A stretch of 64,000 nt of DNA from an uncultured virus (IMG/VR IMGVR_UViG_2576861727_000003) (IMGVR_UViG_2576861727_000003), one strand, 5' to 3'. Shown: positions 1 through 10,141, numbered from the stretch's first letter. The notes: generated by a model from the sequence alone, not told the origin. Program-made: numbers and translations.

Positions 1-5
1 ACCAC

Positions 6-45
6 AAAACCGCCGTCAGGGTACGAACCTGAACGGCGGTTTTTT
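6..45 (+). terminator. Intrinsic terminator-like hairpin (host side)
   Basis: AACCGCCGT...ACGGCGGTT stem followed by a T-run. Confidence 0.6.
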
Positions 46-541
46 CTATTATGTAAGATGCTTGAAAACGGCGTAAAATCGAGGTTTTATATACCCCTCA
101 CTGAACCTGTTGAACCCCCTCATAGAACCGATTGAAAATCGAGCTTTTCACAAAACGGCGTAAATACGCCATTTTTGACGATTTTGCCGCCGCACGCTCG
201 TGACTTTAGTCATGAGTTAGGCGGCATTTCTAGACATTCTGTTGTGCATGGTCGAGGGTATGTATATTCATTGTAATACCATAACGTAAGAACTACCAAA
301 TACAGGAAGTCCTGATCATATACTTCGTCTTGTAAACTGTAAGCCTCACTTAAGAATGTCAGATACTATAATTCTTAAGTGAAAGACAGCTAGGTGAGTA
401 AGATTAGCTGTCTTTCTGCATCTTAAACCTCATAAAAAGAAAAATTGAATTCTGTTTGTGTCACGCGTGACACAATCACAGCAAAACTTTTAAGTATATA
501 TTTTTTATTATGGTTATCCCCTTAACACACCACAAGTAAGA

Positions 542-643
542 TCACTGCACCAAAGCAGCCAAAAGCCTTAAATACGCACTGTTTCCCAGCTTACGACGGT
601 TGAATTTGTAACAGTATTCGGCAGCATATAACGCTGTGTGGAT
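542..643 (-). mobile_element. 3' end of an IS1595-family transposase running out of the assembly gap
   Basis: Minus frame reads IHTALYAAEYCYKFNRRKLGNSAYLRLLAALVQ*; YxxE(F/Y)xY(R/K)FNRR is the typical IS1595 transposase C-terminal motif. Confidence 0.65.
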
Positions 644-1217
644 NNNNNNNNNNNNNNNNNNNNNNNNNNNNNNNNNNNNNNNNNNNNNNNNNNNNNNNNN
701 NNNNNNNNNNNNNNNNNNNNNNNNNNNNNNNNNNNNNNNNNNNNNNNNNNNNNNNNNNNNNNNNNNNNNNNNNNNNNNNNNNNNNNNNNNNNNNNNNNNN
801 NNNNNNNNNNNNNNNNNNNNNNNNNNNNNNNNNNNNNNNNNNNNNNNNNNNNNNNNNNNNNNNNNNNNNNNNNNNNNNNNNNNNNNNNNNNNNNNNNNNN
901 NNNNNNNNNNNNNNNNNNNNNNNNNNNNNNNNNNNNNNNNNNNNNNNNNNNNNNNNNNNNNNNNNNNNNNNNNNNNNNNNNNNNNNNNNNNNNNNNNNNN
1001 NNNNNNNNNNNNNNNNNNNNNNNNNNNNNNNNNNNNNNNNNNNNNNNNNNNNNNNNNNNNNNNNNNNNNNNNNNNNNNNNNNNNNNNNNNNNNNNNNNNN
1101 NNNNNNNNNNNNNNNNNNNNNNNNNNNNNNNNNNNNNNNNNNNNNNNNNNNNNNNNNNNNNNNNNNNNNNNNNNNNNNNNNNNNNNNNNNNNNNNNNNNN
1201 NNNNNNNNNNNNNNNNN
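644..1217. other. Assembly gap (N run)
   Basis: Run of N characters. Confidence 1.
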
Positions 1218-1242
1218 TGAAAAATTTCTGTTTTAGGGCAAC

Positions 1243-1268
1243 AAAAAAGCGCGTAAATACGCGCTTTT
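1243..1268 (-). terminator. Terminator downstream of the tRNA-Ser 3' fragment (probably the original host tRNA terminator)
   Basis: AAAAAAGCGCGTAAATACGCGCTTTT hairpin, U6 tail on the minus strand. Confidence 0.65.
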
Positions 1269-1299
1269 AAGTGAAATCATCTTTTTTGACTTCATAGGT

Positions 1300-1327
1300 T
1301 GGCGGAGAAGGAGGGATTCGAACCCTC
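1300..1327 (-). repeat. Prophage att core: duplicated 3' end of a tRNA-Ser
   Basis: Minus strand GAGGGTTCGAATCCCTCCTTCTCCGCCA is a T-arm plus acceptor 3' strand and CCA with no 5' tRNA half; it abuts the phage lysis genes. Confidence 0.8.
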
Positions 1328-1511
1328 TATGAATTTTTATAAAAGCTCTAAATACTTGGTTTTAGAGATTGAGTTGTCACTTTTAAGTTACAGTTAGTAA
1401 TAATAAGTCAAAGTGAATACACAAACTATATAATCTTAAACGGGAAACCTCAATTAATAGTCTGACGCAATATGTTTAATTATTTATCACATTAACAAAA
1501 TGTAAAAATAT

Positions 1512-1535
1512 GGGTAGAGATTAAGTTCTCTACCC
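1512..1535. terminator. Hairpin at the end of the late operon (possibly bidirectional terminator)
   Basis: GGGTAGAGA-TTAAGT-TCTCTACCC with T-rich flanks on both strands, just after the lysin stop. Confidence 0.6.
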
Positions 1536-1566
1536 TTTATTTTTTTTGTCCAATAGTTAGTCAAAA

Positions 1567-2844
1567 CTAATCATCTAACATCTTTTTACCCTTTATGTGC
1601 GCCGCTAATGCAATAATATCCGTAACGTCAATCTTACCATCACCATTAACATCGCCATTCTTCCTAGGCTTTACACTATCAGTCTTCTTTGCAGACTCGG
1701 CAAGCTTAGTCTCTACCTTAATATCCTCAGTCTTAGTTTCTACCTTGGCTTTTCCACCGCCTAAAACCTTTGTCTGGTCTTTGGGTCTAAGTACACCAAG
1801 TACATGATTATAATTATGTTTAATCAGCGCAACAGGGTCGTTATTGCCAGTCCAGTTTTGCTCATAGCTCTCAAACCAAGTTGTGTCGCCCTTGCCATTG
1901 CAAATAGCTACATGACCATTCTCGCCAAGACTCTGACCCCATACCATGATATCGCCCTTAATGGGAACAAACTCAGGAGTATTGGGAATACGCTCGTACA
2001 GTTCCTTACCAGGCTGATTTGCAAAATTAGTGTAAATCTCATATGCGCCCATACCTATAAATGCTTTACCACCTATAAGGTTTACAGAGTAATCATTAGC
2101 AAGGTCAAAACACTGGAAAGAGTACATTTTGTCCCAGTCCAGCCCTTTTCCAATTCTCTCAGCGAAATATTTATCAAAAGGAATAACCGTGTCAGTCTTA
2201 TCTTTTGCCTTATTGGTCTTAGGATAACCATTCAGTCCTGCGCCCTTAATAATTGCAGGATAGTCTTTCTCAGCGATATCAGTATCAACATCACCATTAA
2301 TACCGTTAACTTTACCAGTCCATGAATTTTGCCAAATGCCGTATCTCATGCTAGGTTTTCTACTTGTATTAGCGCACCAAATGTCATATTTGTCGAGCGT
2401 AGTCTGAGGAATAGTATTCAGAAATGACTCATATGAATACAGTACAACATAATAGCCAGCTTTCTCAACAGCAGAAATCCATGTTTCAATGATTGCCGCT
2501 TTCTGCCCAGCGGATAAATTCATCTGGTCAGATTCCTCAAAGTCAAATGCAATAGGATAATCAAAAGTCTTACCCTTGATTACATTCAAGAAACCCTGTG
2601 CTTCTCTCTTAGCTCCCTCGACAGTTGTGGCGTATGAGTAAAAGTAGGTGCTAAAGTTTAAGCCTGCGGCTCTAGCGTTTTTATAATTGGTTTCAAATGT
2701 AGGGTCTTTTTGGTCGGGATATGAAACCATATCGCCATAGCCACACTGTGATATCACAAACGAATACCCAGCTTTCTTAACTTTATTAAAATCTATATTG
2801 TTCTGGAAACGGCTTACATCTATGCCTTTAAATGTTTGGCTCAT
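1567..2844 (-). CDS. Endolysin: GH25 muramidase + CHAP-like domain + single dockerin-like repeat
   Basis: GIDVSRFQ and AFDFEE (GH25); QCFDLANDY, GHVAI, YEQNW (CHAP); GDVNGDGKIDVTD (dockerin-type Ca loop); start moved to MSQTFK after a GGAGG RBS. Confidence 0.88.
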   Translation of the reverse strand: MSQTFKGIDVSRFQNNIDFNKVKKAGYSFVISQCGYGDMVSYPDQKDPTFETNYKNARAAGLNFSTYFYSYATTVEGAKREAQGFLNVIKGKTFDYPIAFDFEESDQMNLSAGQKAAIIETWISAVEKAGYYVVLYSYESFLNTIPQTTLDKYDIWCANTSRKPSMRYGIWQNSWTGKVNGINGDVDTDIAEKDYPAIIKGAGLNGYPKTNKAKDKTDTVIPFDKYFAERIGKGLDWDKMYSFQCFDLANDYSVNLIGGKAFIGMGAYEIYTNFANQPGKELYERIPNTPEFVPIKGDIMVWGQSLGENGHVAICNGKGDTTWFESYEQNWTGNNDPVALIKHNYNHVLGVLRPKDQTKVLGGGKAKVETKTEDIKVETKLAESAKKTDSVKPRKNGDVNGDGKIDVTDIIALAAHIKGKKMLDD

Positions 2845-3556
2845 TACAATCCCTCCTTGCATATTCTCCGAAATATTTTTCTTCGTTAGCTTTTCTTACC
2901 GCATATGCTTCTTCAAATGTGTCAAATTGCCCTAGATATAAATTTTTGTTATTATGCCAAATTTGTGCTTTCCATTTTTTACCATTGCGAGTTTTTACTA
3001 CGCCACAAACTCCACTCGTACTTGTGGTAGGAGCTTTATGGTTTTTAGCATTGCAATCTGGTGTACATATTCTCAGATTGCTTCGGAGATTATTAGTTTT
3101 ATCTCCGTCTATATGGTCTATCACATAATTATCAGGTGGAGTCATTAAATATCTATGAAGGTAAATTAGATTGATTTTACCGTCTATTACCTTAGAGGAT
3201 ATAATATATCCATTAGTTGATACTCTCCAATAATAACTTTTTATCTTATCGAGGTCACATAAATTTATCTTAAAAGTCTTGTCACCATCTTCTGTTTTAA
3301 CAATAACAATGTCGTTTTCTATTTCGTATGAGTTTTGTTTTCTCATATCTTTGCGACGTTTTAAAGCAAAACATCCGCAACTAAGAGTGCGCTTGCAAGT
3401 CAAATTATTGCTAAGTACCTCAACCTGATTTCCACAATCGCACCGACACAGCCATTTTATCCTCTCTCTTTTATTTGAAGATACATCTTTTTTAACACGT
3501 TCTAAAACAGTAAGTCTGCCAAATTTTTGTCCTGTTAAATCCTTAAAAGTACCAAT
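2828..3556 (-). CDS. HNH-AP2 homing endonuclease with N-terminal DLTGQKFGRLTV repeat
   Basis: DHIDGDKTNNLRSNLR (HNH), WKAQI..YLGQFDTFEEA (AP2); frame is open to 3559 and the likely start is ATT after GGAGATGA. Confidence 0.85.
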   Translation of the reverse strand: MGTFKDLTGQKFGRLTVLERVKKDVSSNKRERIKWLCRCDCGNQVEVLSNNLTCKRTLSCGCFALKRRKDMRKQNSYEIENDIVIVKTEDGDKTFKINLCDLDKIKSYYWRVSTNGYIISSKVIDGKINLIYLHRYLMTPPDNYVIDHIDGDKTNNLRSNLRICTPDCNAKNHKAPTTSTSGVCGVVKTRNGKKWKAQIWHNNKNLYLGQFDTFEEAYAVRKANEEKYFGEYARRDCNEPNI

Positions 3557-3572
3557 AATTCATCATCTCCAA

Positions 3573-3788
3573 TCAATTACATTTCGTAAGAACTTTCTGT
3601 CCATTATAATATGTGACCTTGTACTGAGGTGTACTGTTAGATGTACCATAAGAAGCATCAATATATTGTGTAACCCAAGTAGTCACTCCGTTGCGAATAA
3701 TAGGCACTTTAATTGTACTTGGGATATAATAAGTAACCGTAGTCATAATTGCTACCGACATAACAATTCCTGTTATTATGTTCTTCAT
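3573..3788 (-). CDS. Small protein with N-terminal hydrophobic segment
   Basis: ORF with GAGGGG RBS, in operon. Confidence 0.55.
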   Translation of the reverse strand: MKNIITGIVMSVAIMTTVTYYIPSTIKVPIIRNGVTTWVTQYIDASYGTSNSTPQYKVTYYNGQKVLTKCN

Positions 3789-3790
3789 AC

Positions 3791-3961
3791 TTATCCCCTC
3801 ATTTCTTTAATATACTTCTTTGTTCTCTCAATTTCGTCCTCATTATCAGCTATCAGCTTACTAATTATGTCAATATCAAATCCATATATCTCAGCTATCT
3901 CAGTAGCAGTATATCCATAAACCACAGACTTGATTATTTGTTTTCTAGTTTCATTACTCAT
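3791..3961 (-). CDS. Small HTH-like protein (56 aa, not in the ORF track)
   Basis: MSNETRKQIIKSVVYGYTATEIAEIYGFDIDIISKLIAD...; GGAGG RBS. Confidence 0.6.
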   Translation of the reverse strand: MSNETRKQIIKSVVYGYTATEIAEIYGFDIDIISKLIADNEDEIERTKKYIKEMRG

Positions 3962-4191
3962 ATTCTAAACCTCCCTGTATTCATTGATAAACAAAAGAGA
4001 GCCGCCAAAATGACAGCTCTCGTTATTTTTTCTGTATTGGCAAAATTGAAAATCCTAGTGTCATGCGGGATTTCACACCCTATATCTTAGCATAAAATTT
4101 TACTTTTATTGTACCATAGTCTGTTTGAGATTATTTAGTTCTTTGTGAAGTTACCATTCTTCTTTATCTGTGTGCTCATGTTATGTCTCCT

Positions 4192-5175
4192 TTATTCTGC
4201 TGTGATATATGTACCACCAATATAAATATTACCAGTGTATGTAGCAGCCAAGTCAGGCATTACAATAAATACACACACGTTACCAGTACTGTCAACCCAT
4301 GCTCTTTTGTGCCCTGATTCTGGAGCAGATACAAGTGACTTAGAATCAATCTCTATGCAAACATCAGAGATTGTTAAAGCATTCTTAGGTACTTTAGCAA
4401 CAACAACTGACTGAGCACAAGGTATGTTAGACCCCGTAGTTCCATCAATCATAATTTCTACTACATTACCAGTTCGCTTACTCCAAAAACGGTCGCCGTT
4501 TATAGCAGTACCTACTTTTGTAATAGGTGAATCAACAACAGCTAGTGCTTCTGCTACCGCATTACTCGTAACAGGACTCAAATCACCATTTGTAACTGAA
4601 TCAGTCACATCAGATGTAAGTACAGCATTATCAAGCAGATTGTTATATTCTGTATCTGTGTAGAGCTTGAAAGCTGTATAAACTAAAGTAGACTCATTCG
4701 CAGGCATAGGATTTCTCAAATAACCCGTTTGCATAGGATTCCATTCAGTAGGAAGAGAGACTGCGGGGTCTATTAAAGCAGTATTTTTTGTAAGATTAGG
4801 GTATACATCATCTCTTTGTACAGTAAGCATATAACTTAAATTATTGGTAATTCCTGATACACCAACTTCTGTAGTTTGTTTTACTCCTATGGGTGTAAAT
4901 CTTACAGTAAAACCATTTACCGTTTTTGTGTTTGCAACTACATGAAAAGCAACACGATGCGTATTTGAACCTTGAAGAGATAAATCAACAAGATAGTCTG
5001 TATCAGGCATCGGTGTCGAAAAAGTTATGGTTTGGTCTACGTAATCAGCATTTGCCGCAATAGCGGGTACGCCTACTGTCCCTTTTCTAACTGTAGATGC
5101 ACCGTACTCAGCTTTGCCCTGTCCCGCAAGCGGTATCAACTTATCCTGTGTTGAATCATATTTATATATTGACAT
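4192..5175 (-). CDS. Tail appendage / receptor-binding-like protein with H-type-lectin-like module
   Basis: TITFSTPMPDTDYLV..KTVNGFTV module, VTSNAVA motif, fibre-type C-terminus. Confidence 0.6.
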   Translation of the reverse strand: MSIYKYDSTQDKLIPLAGQGKAEYGASTVRKGTVGVPAIAANADYVDQTITFSTPMPDTDYLVDLSLQGSNTHRVAFHVVANTKTVNGFTVRFTPIGVKQTTEVGVSGITNNLSYMLTVQRDDVYPNLTKNTALIDPAVSLPTEWNPMQTGYLRNPMPANESTLVYTAFKLYTDTEYNNLLDNAVLTSDVTDSVTNGDLSPVTSNAVAEALAVVDSPITKVGTAINGDRFWSKRTGNVVEIMIDGTTGSNIPCAQSVVVAKVPKNALTISDVCIEIDSKSLVSAPESGHKRAWVDSTGNVCVFIVMPDLAATYTGNIYIGGTYITAE

Positions 5176-5233
5176 TTAAAAATCACACTCCTTTATATAA
5201 GGGCGACTCACGTTGAGCCGCCCACAGAATTTA

Positions 5234-6265
5234 TTATTTGGTTTGATAACTAAAGAATAACTGAATATCCCAATCACTTGCAATATCCTCTGTATAAGCT
5301 GACGTATAAAAATTGCCAGTTGCATCTAAATACCCCATTCTCATTTCCGTTACATTAGTAGTCCTGTTTCTGATAGCAAAAGGAATGTCAAGATATGCGT
5401 AGTTATTAGGTGTCAATGGGTTAAAGAAACCGCTATACAATTTAGTACTGTTTGTCACAATACCGTTAGTATGCCCTTTTAGCATTACGCAAACATTTTT
5501 ACCATTTTTACTACAAATATAATCACCTACAGTAGAGACTACACTTTCACTTGATATGGTGGCAAATTGAGTAGCGGGAGGGGCATCTCCGCTATCAGCA
5601 AAACAAACCACTTCATACTCTGCTTTCTCAGCAGTGGTTAAATTACCCCATTCTGCCTGAGTACCTACCCAACGCTTATTTGGTTCTCCCACAACAGTTG
5701 TGCTTCCGTCTGTACTATCGACTGCATTAACGTTAGGCTTGTCTGTGAGAATGGCGACCTGATAATCAGTTTTGGAAGTCTCACTTTCCCACTCAGATGA
5801 AGTTCCTATGAACACAGAACTTGCGTTCTTAATCGCATCGTACACTCCACCCGAAGTAACAAGGTTTGTAGAGTTCTCGGTCGGACTGACATCAATATTT
5901 GTCATCTTATTATATATTGCGTTATAGCCTTCAAGCTCAACAAGACGAAAAGCATAATAGTTTCCTGTGAATGTGTATGTTGTCGTATCTCCACGACCAC
6001 CAAGAACATACAGATTAAATCCTGTTGTAGTTTTGTTTCTAAATCCAATTTCACCCGCCGCAGGAGAATCTGATTCAAATATCACAACATAATCAGTATC
6101 GGACATAGGTGTCTCAAAAGTTATAGTGACATTTGCTCCACTATCTCCTTGACACTGTATACTAAAAGTTCCGCTTCTTATTTCTGAGCAAGTGGCATCA
6201 AGAAGGATAGTGTTTCCCGCTATCTTTTTCAGACTACCATTTGGCTGTTTTATATTTACGCTCAT
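5234..6265 (-). CDS. Tail appendage / receptor-binding-like protein
   Basis: TITFETPMSDTDYVV..KTTTGFNL module shared with the 4192 gene; WVGTQAEW-type motifs. Confidence 0.6.
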   Translation of the reverse strand: MSVNIKQPNGSLKKIAGNTILLDATCSEIRSGTFSIQCQGDSGANVTITFETPMSDTDYVVIFESDSPAAGEIGFRNKTTTGFNLYVLGGRGDTTTYTFTGNYYAFRLVELEGYNAIYNKMTNIDVSPTENSTNLVTSGGVYDAIKNASSVFIGTSSEWESETSKTDYQVAILTDKPNVNAVDSTDGSTTVVGEPNKRWVGTQAEWGNLTTAEKAEYEVVCFADSGDAPPATQFATISSESVVSTVGDYICSKNGKNVCVMLKGHTNGIVTNSTKLYSGFFNPLTPNNYAYLDIPFAIRNRTTNVTEMRMGYLDATGNFYTSAYTEDIASDWDIQLFFSYQTK

Positions 6266-6280
6266 TTATTTCACCTCCTA

Positions 6281-6949
6281 TTACTCATCAATTACAAGCG
6301 CATTTAGATACACAGTACATTCTGTAGGTGGTTGTGCTCCGCCTAATGAATAAGTATAAAATTTAATAGTGATAGTTTTTCCATCTGCGGAAACAATTGG
6401 AGCTTCATCCATTACTGTGACAAATGCACGTCTATTATCTAAAACAGAACCTGTACCGAATATAAATTTCTTACCTGTTGGAGCTGTGAAGATAACATCT
6501 ATGTCGCCAACAGCCCATGCCTGCACTTTAGCAGTCCAGTATGGTTGTGGTATTTGTATTGCATTAGCCACCGCATTACTTGTAACAGGGTTCATATTAT
6601 CTTCTTCAACAACATCTACGACTTCAAGTCCATCGTCATAATCGTCAGTAATATTAACAATCGTTCCTGCTTCTAACGTGTCCTTAATCGCTTCATACTC
6701 TGCTCTCGTGCCAGACCAGTGCGGAGTGCCATCGCCACCATCAGACACTTGCATCTTCTCCCAAGAATAGGTGGGAGTTACCCCGCCATCCGATACGCAC
6801 TTATAAAAATAACCGTTGATATAATTTGCGTTTGTAGCACCTACATACTGTACTATCGCTCCTGAATTATCAGCGGTCGCAGTAGGCATAATAGAAACCT
6901 GTGTGGTTTCGCCTACGTCATAACCTTTATAAACTATTTTATTTCCCAT
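6281..6949 (-). CDS. Tail appendage protein
   Basis: IVQYVG..YINGYFYKC module shared with the 6963 gene; NPVTSNAVA motif. Confidence 0.55.
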   Translation of the reverse strand: MGNKIVYKGYDVGETTQVSIMPTATADNSGAIVQYVGATNANYINGYFYKCVSDGGVTPTYSWEKMQVSDGGDGTPHWSGTRAEYEAIKDTLEAGTIVNITDDYDDGLEVVDVVEEDNMNPVTSNAVANAIQIPQPYWTAKVQAWAVGDIDVIFTAPTGKKFIFGTGSVLDNRRAFVTVMDEAPIVSADGKTITIKFYTYSLGGAQPPTECTVYLNALVIDE

Positions 6950-6962
6950 ATTATCACCTCTC

Positions 6963-8141
6963 TTACAGAAGTTTAACTATAATTGTTACACCCTGATGGT
7001 ACAAATCGTAAGCGGCGGCTTTCTCAGTAGCATCATTCATTGAATACTCTGCTTCGTTAATATACACAGATGATGCACTTGAACCAAAATAAGCATAGCC
7101 AGTAGACATACTATCTGTACCTTTAAATAAGGTTGTATTGATTCCCGCAAAATCACACTTACCCGATGAAACGGATAATCGCCAGCTTATGTCAATAAAA
7201 CCCGCACCGTAGCCATCACCGTGTATACTCGTAGCTGAACCGTATGGAATCCTTATACTGTAATCTTCGGTGGTTTGAGCAATCTCAGGTATGATACAGA
7301 TTAAAGTCGGACTTGACCCACCTGTGTCGTCATCAGAGAATCCGAAATTATACTGGTCAATTGTTATCATAGCCAATCGACCCTTGTTGTTGTGCATGAA
7401 AACAGCAAAGGCATTCCACATAGATTTAAGGTCTGCGAAGTTGCCAACGGAGAATACATCTGAATCCCATTCAAAGGTGTAGTCGGCATTTATTCTTATC
7501 CCCGACTTAGCTGTTTCAAATTCTGTCTTGTAATCAGAAACATCGGGAGTTCCTGTAACCATCCATACAATATCAAGCGTATCTAATGTAGTCTTGTTAT
7601 CGTTGTATAATACATAATCAATCAGACAGGTATCAACTTCCTTGTCACTGTCAGTAGCAACTCCACTAACGACTTCTTTTAAGTGATAAATCGGTGTAGC
7701 GGTAGAATCAATAAGCAGATAGAATCCATCTGCAAGCCCCGAAAGAGATGTTACGGCAGTAGCGTTAACTTTTGCTTCGCCATCAGTGCTTTCCTGCACT
7801 TCCTGATTTACCCATTCGTATTCTGTAGGGTCTGTATTGGGAATTTCTGTACAACGATAAAAGAAACCTTTTATGTAGCTACTATCGGTTTCGCCTACAT
7901 ACTGAACAATTTTGCCTAACTCGTTTTCGTTAGGTGTGGGCATGACATTAACTTGTGATATTTTATCATTAAGCGCATTTGCAATAACTCTATTCTGTAC
8001 AGGATTACTGCTATCCTCAGATATCTCAGTATCTATCGAGGACTTATTAAGTTTCAGTCCGAGCTTTCTATCTATCTCGTTCTTAGAATATCCACTACCG
8101 CCATACTCAACACCGTTATGTATAATCTTAGCCATTACCAT
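6963..8141 (-). CDS. Tail appendage protein
   Basis: NPVQNRVI and IVQYVG..YIKGFFYRC modules; position in the tail cassette. Confidence 0.55.
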   Translation of the reverse strand: MVMAKIIHNGVEYGGSGYSKNEIDRKLGLKLNKSSIDTEISEDSSNPVQNRVIANALNDKISQVNVMPTPNENELGKIVQYVGETDSSYIKGFFYRCTEIPNTDPTEYEWVNQEVQESTDGEAKVNATAVTSLSGLADGFYLLIDSTATPIYHLKEVVSGVATDSDKEVDTCLIDYVLYNDNKTTLDTLDIVWMVTGTPDVSDYKTEFETAKSGIRINADYTFEWDSDVFSVGNFADLKSMWNAFAVFMHNNKGRLAMITIDQYNFGFSDDDTGGSSPTLICIIPEIAQTTEDYSIRIPYGSATSIHGDGYGAGFIDISWRLSVSSGKCDFAGINTTLFKGTDSMSTGYAYFGSSASSVYINEAEYSMNDATEKAAAYDLYHQGVTIIVKLL

Positions 8142-8277
8142 TCACCGCCTCTCTTATCTGTTCCTTTTCTTCCTCAGAAAGTGCGGGATATGAAGCAAGA
8201 ATATCTTCAAGGCTCTCGCCATTTTCCATTCTACGTTTTACAACACGCAGGACAATATGAAATTTTGCTGTTGTCAT
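8128..8277 (-). CDS. Small phage protein (49 aa, not in the ORF track)
   Basis: MTTAKFHIVLRVVKRRMENGESLEDILASYPALSEEEKEQIREAVNGNG; GGAGGTGA RBS. Confidence 0.55.
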   Translation of the reverse strand: MTTAKFHIVLRVVKRRMENGESLEDILASYPALSEEEKEQIREAVNGNG

Positions 8278-8279
8278 AC

Positions 8280-8546
8280 TCACTCACCTCCGTAAAGCAT
8301 CTCAACAATAGTTTCCTCAATATCGTTGAGTCTATCACTATTGGATTTTTCAAATTCAAATATCGAATAAACGTCCTTCGGAATCTTAATTTCCTCAAAC
8401 GAATAAAATTTCTCTTTTATGTCAGAATTGAACTCATTTCCTTGTTCATATTCAACAATATTACGTCTAACATATACCCACTTTTTAGATATTGTGTCAT
8501 CAATTGTTTTGGGTTTTGTCATACTAGATGATTTATACCAAGTCAT
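8280..8546 (-). CDS. Small tail-associated protein
   Basis: GGAGGTG RBS before MTWYK; follows the tail fibre-like gene. Confidence 0.55.
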   Translation of the reverse strand: MTWYKSSSMTKPKTIDDTISKKWVYVRRNIVEYEQGNEFNSDIKEKFYSFEEIKIPKDVYSIFEFEKSNSDRLNDIEETIVEMLYGGE

Positions 8547-8608
8547 ATGTTCGCACCTCCATATATATAAATACAGAGAGAGCAATTATGCACTCTCTCT
8601 GTCACAAA

Positions 8609-10141
8609 TTATCCATTAAAACGAGAAGCCAACGGTTTACAAGATAACGTGGTAGATGCAGACCAATGCGATGTGTCCCAATAGGTATACAAGCCTAACG
8701 CTGTAATACCACAGTTAGTACCCGAAGCAGTACAATCTCCTGCGACCGCATAATAAGTACGTGTTGTATCTTGGTTATTGTGCAAGGTATCAGCATAATA
8801 TGTAGTAACTGAACCACTGGTTTCTATAGGTAAAAATCCAAATGAACCAAAAGCACACTTAGAAATATCTCCGCTATATGGAATTGATATACCTGAATCT
8901 ACATAGTTGTGACCTGTCTGCACATAAGGTTGGGTCATCTTATAAATGTATTTGCCTTGTATTCCTAACAATCCTGCCATTCTTCTCCAAGTACAACCCC
9001 ACCAGTTTTCCATACCGAAAGTTTTAACAGGACTAAAACCATGTTCAATGTCTCCATAGAACAGACCTTTGTTATCCAATGTTCCAGTTACATAAGACTC
9101 TTTTAATGCTTGTGCGCCCGCTACATCATTCTCGCCATCAAGACCACGACCAAAAGCCTTTTGTGAGTCAAGAGATTTTGAAATCAATATGTGTAACGCA
9201 TTTATTAAAACTCTATCACAGAACACATCAGTCAGCCACTCATATTTAGCTGTTGTATTATTTGCAACAGCTCTATTGACTTCTTGTAATCCAGTAGTTT
9301 CACCATTGCCATTTGCAGAAGTTAATTGTATACCTGAAAGCGACCTAAGTTTTGATACACCTGTACCATTATAAATAGCCGTGTAAAAGTGTGGCACAAT
9401 ATTACCATCAGCATCTTTATTACAAGGACAATCATAAGTTTCATATACCTGTTTATTGGAACAATAGAACGAACCTTGTCCTGTTGCAAGACCACTTTCA
9501 AACTTAAACCATATTTTACCCCATTCCATCATGGCATTACCGTCATACTCTGAATTAGCAATATCAGAGGGTGTACCATCTTCCTTTTTACTATAATCAT
9601 TTGGGTCAAGATAATAGTCTACTGTACAATCAGATTTTAACATACAAGGTCTAGGCATAAAGAAAGCATCTTCCCAAGAGCCATAGCTAAACGAAGTTCT
9701 ACCCATCGAAGCAGGAGTCATACCAATAGCATCATTAAGATAAGATACACAATCGGCTGAGTCTGATTCATCGGGGTCTACTGCCCAACCATACACGACG
9801 GTTTCCTCTACCTCTCCATCTGTAATATAATAGTTTTTGTCGTCTGTTTCTTTTTCCGAACCTAATTCGTCATACTCAGCCTGAGTAAGCTCAACGTCCC
9901 ACGCAATCGGGTACTTATCATTATCGCTGGTTACATCTTCCCACTTTGCCTCGGTTTCGTTATATCTATAGATGTGACTCTGTACATAAGCCGCATCTGT
10001 CTCGCCCGAATACAATCTCATAGCGCCATCTTCGGCACTTTCAGGCATAGTATCTGTAATTACAAGTCTGACATTTAAGCGACTTTTTATTTCGTCAATG
10101 AGTTCTTGCGTTCGGGCTTCATTTATATATTTATATTCCAT
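8609..10141 (-). CDS. Tail fibre / adhesin with C-type-lectin (FGE-like) C-terminal domain
   Basis: GMENWWGCTW motif and ..LSCKP terminus resemble phage CLec-fold tail proteins. Confidence 0.6.
   Translation of the reverse strand: MEYKYINEARTQELIDEIKSRLNVRLVITDTMPESAEDGAMRLYSGETDAAYVQSHIYRYNETEAKWEDVTSDNDKYPIAWDVELTQAEYDELGSEKETDDKNYYITDGEVEETVVYGWAVDPDESDSADCVSYLNDAIGMTPASMGRTSFSYGSWEDAFFMPRPCMLKSDCTVDYYLDPNDYSKKEDGTPSDIANSEYDGNAMMEWGKIWFKFESGLATGQGSFYCSNKQVYETYDCPCNKDADGNIVPHFYTAIYNGTGVSKLRSLSGIQLTSANGNGETTGLQEVNRAVANNTTAKYEWLTDVFCDRVLINALHILISKSLDSQKAFGRGLDGENDVAGAQALKESYVTGTLDNKGLFYGDIEHGFSPVKTFGMENWWGCTWRRMAGLLGIQGKYIYKMTQPYVQTGHNYVDSGISIPYSGDISKCAFGSFGFLPIETSGSVTTYYADTLHNNQDTTRTYYAVAGDCTASGTNCGITALGLYTYWDTSHWSASTTLSCKPLASRFNG

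Noticed and set aside
457..474. 18-bp palindrome TGTGTCACGCGTGACACA on the host side
   Set aside because: Single instance outside the prophage with no context to assign a function
636..1270. ORFs spanning the N run
   Set aside because: Artefacts of the assembly gap
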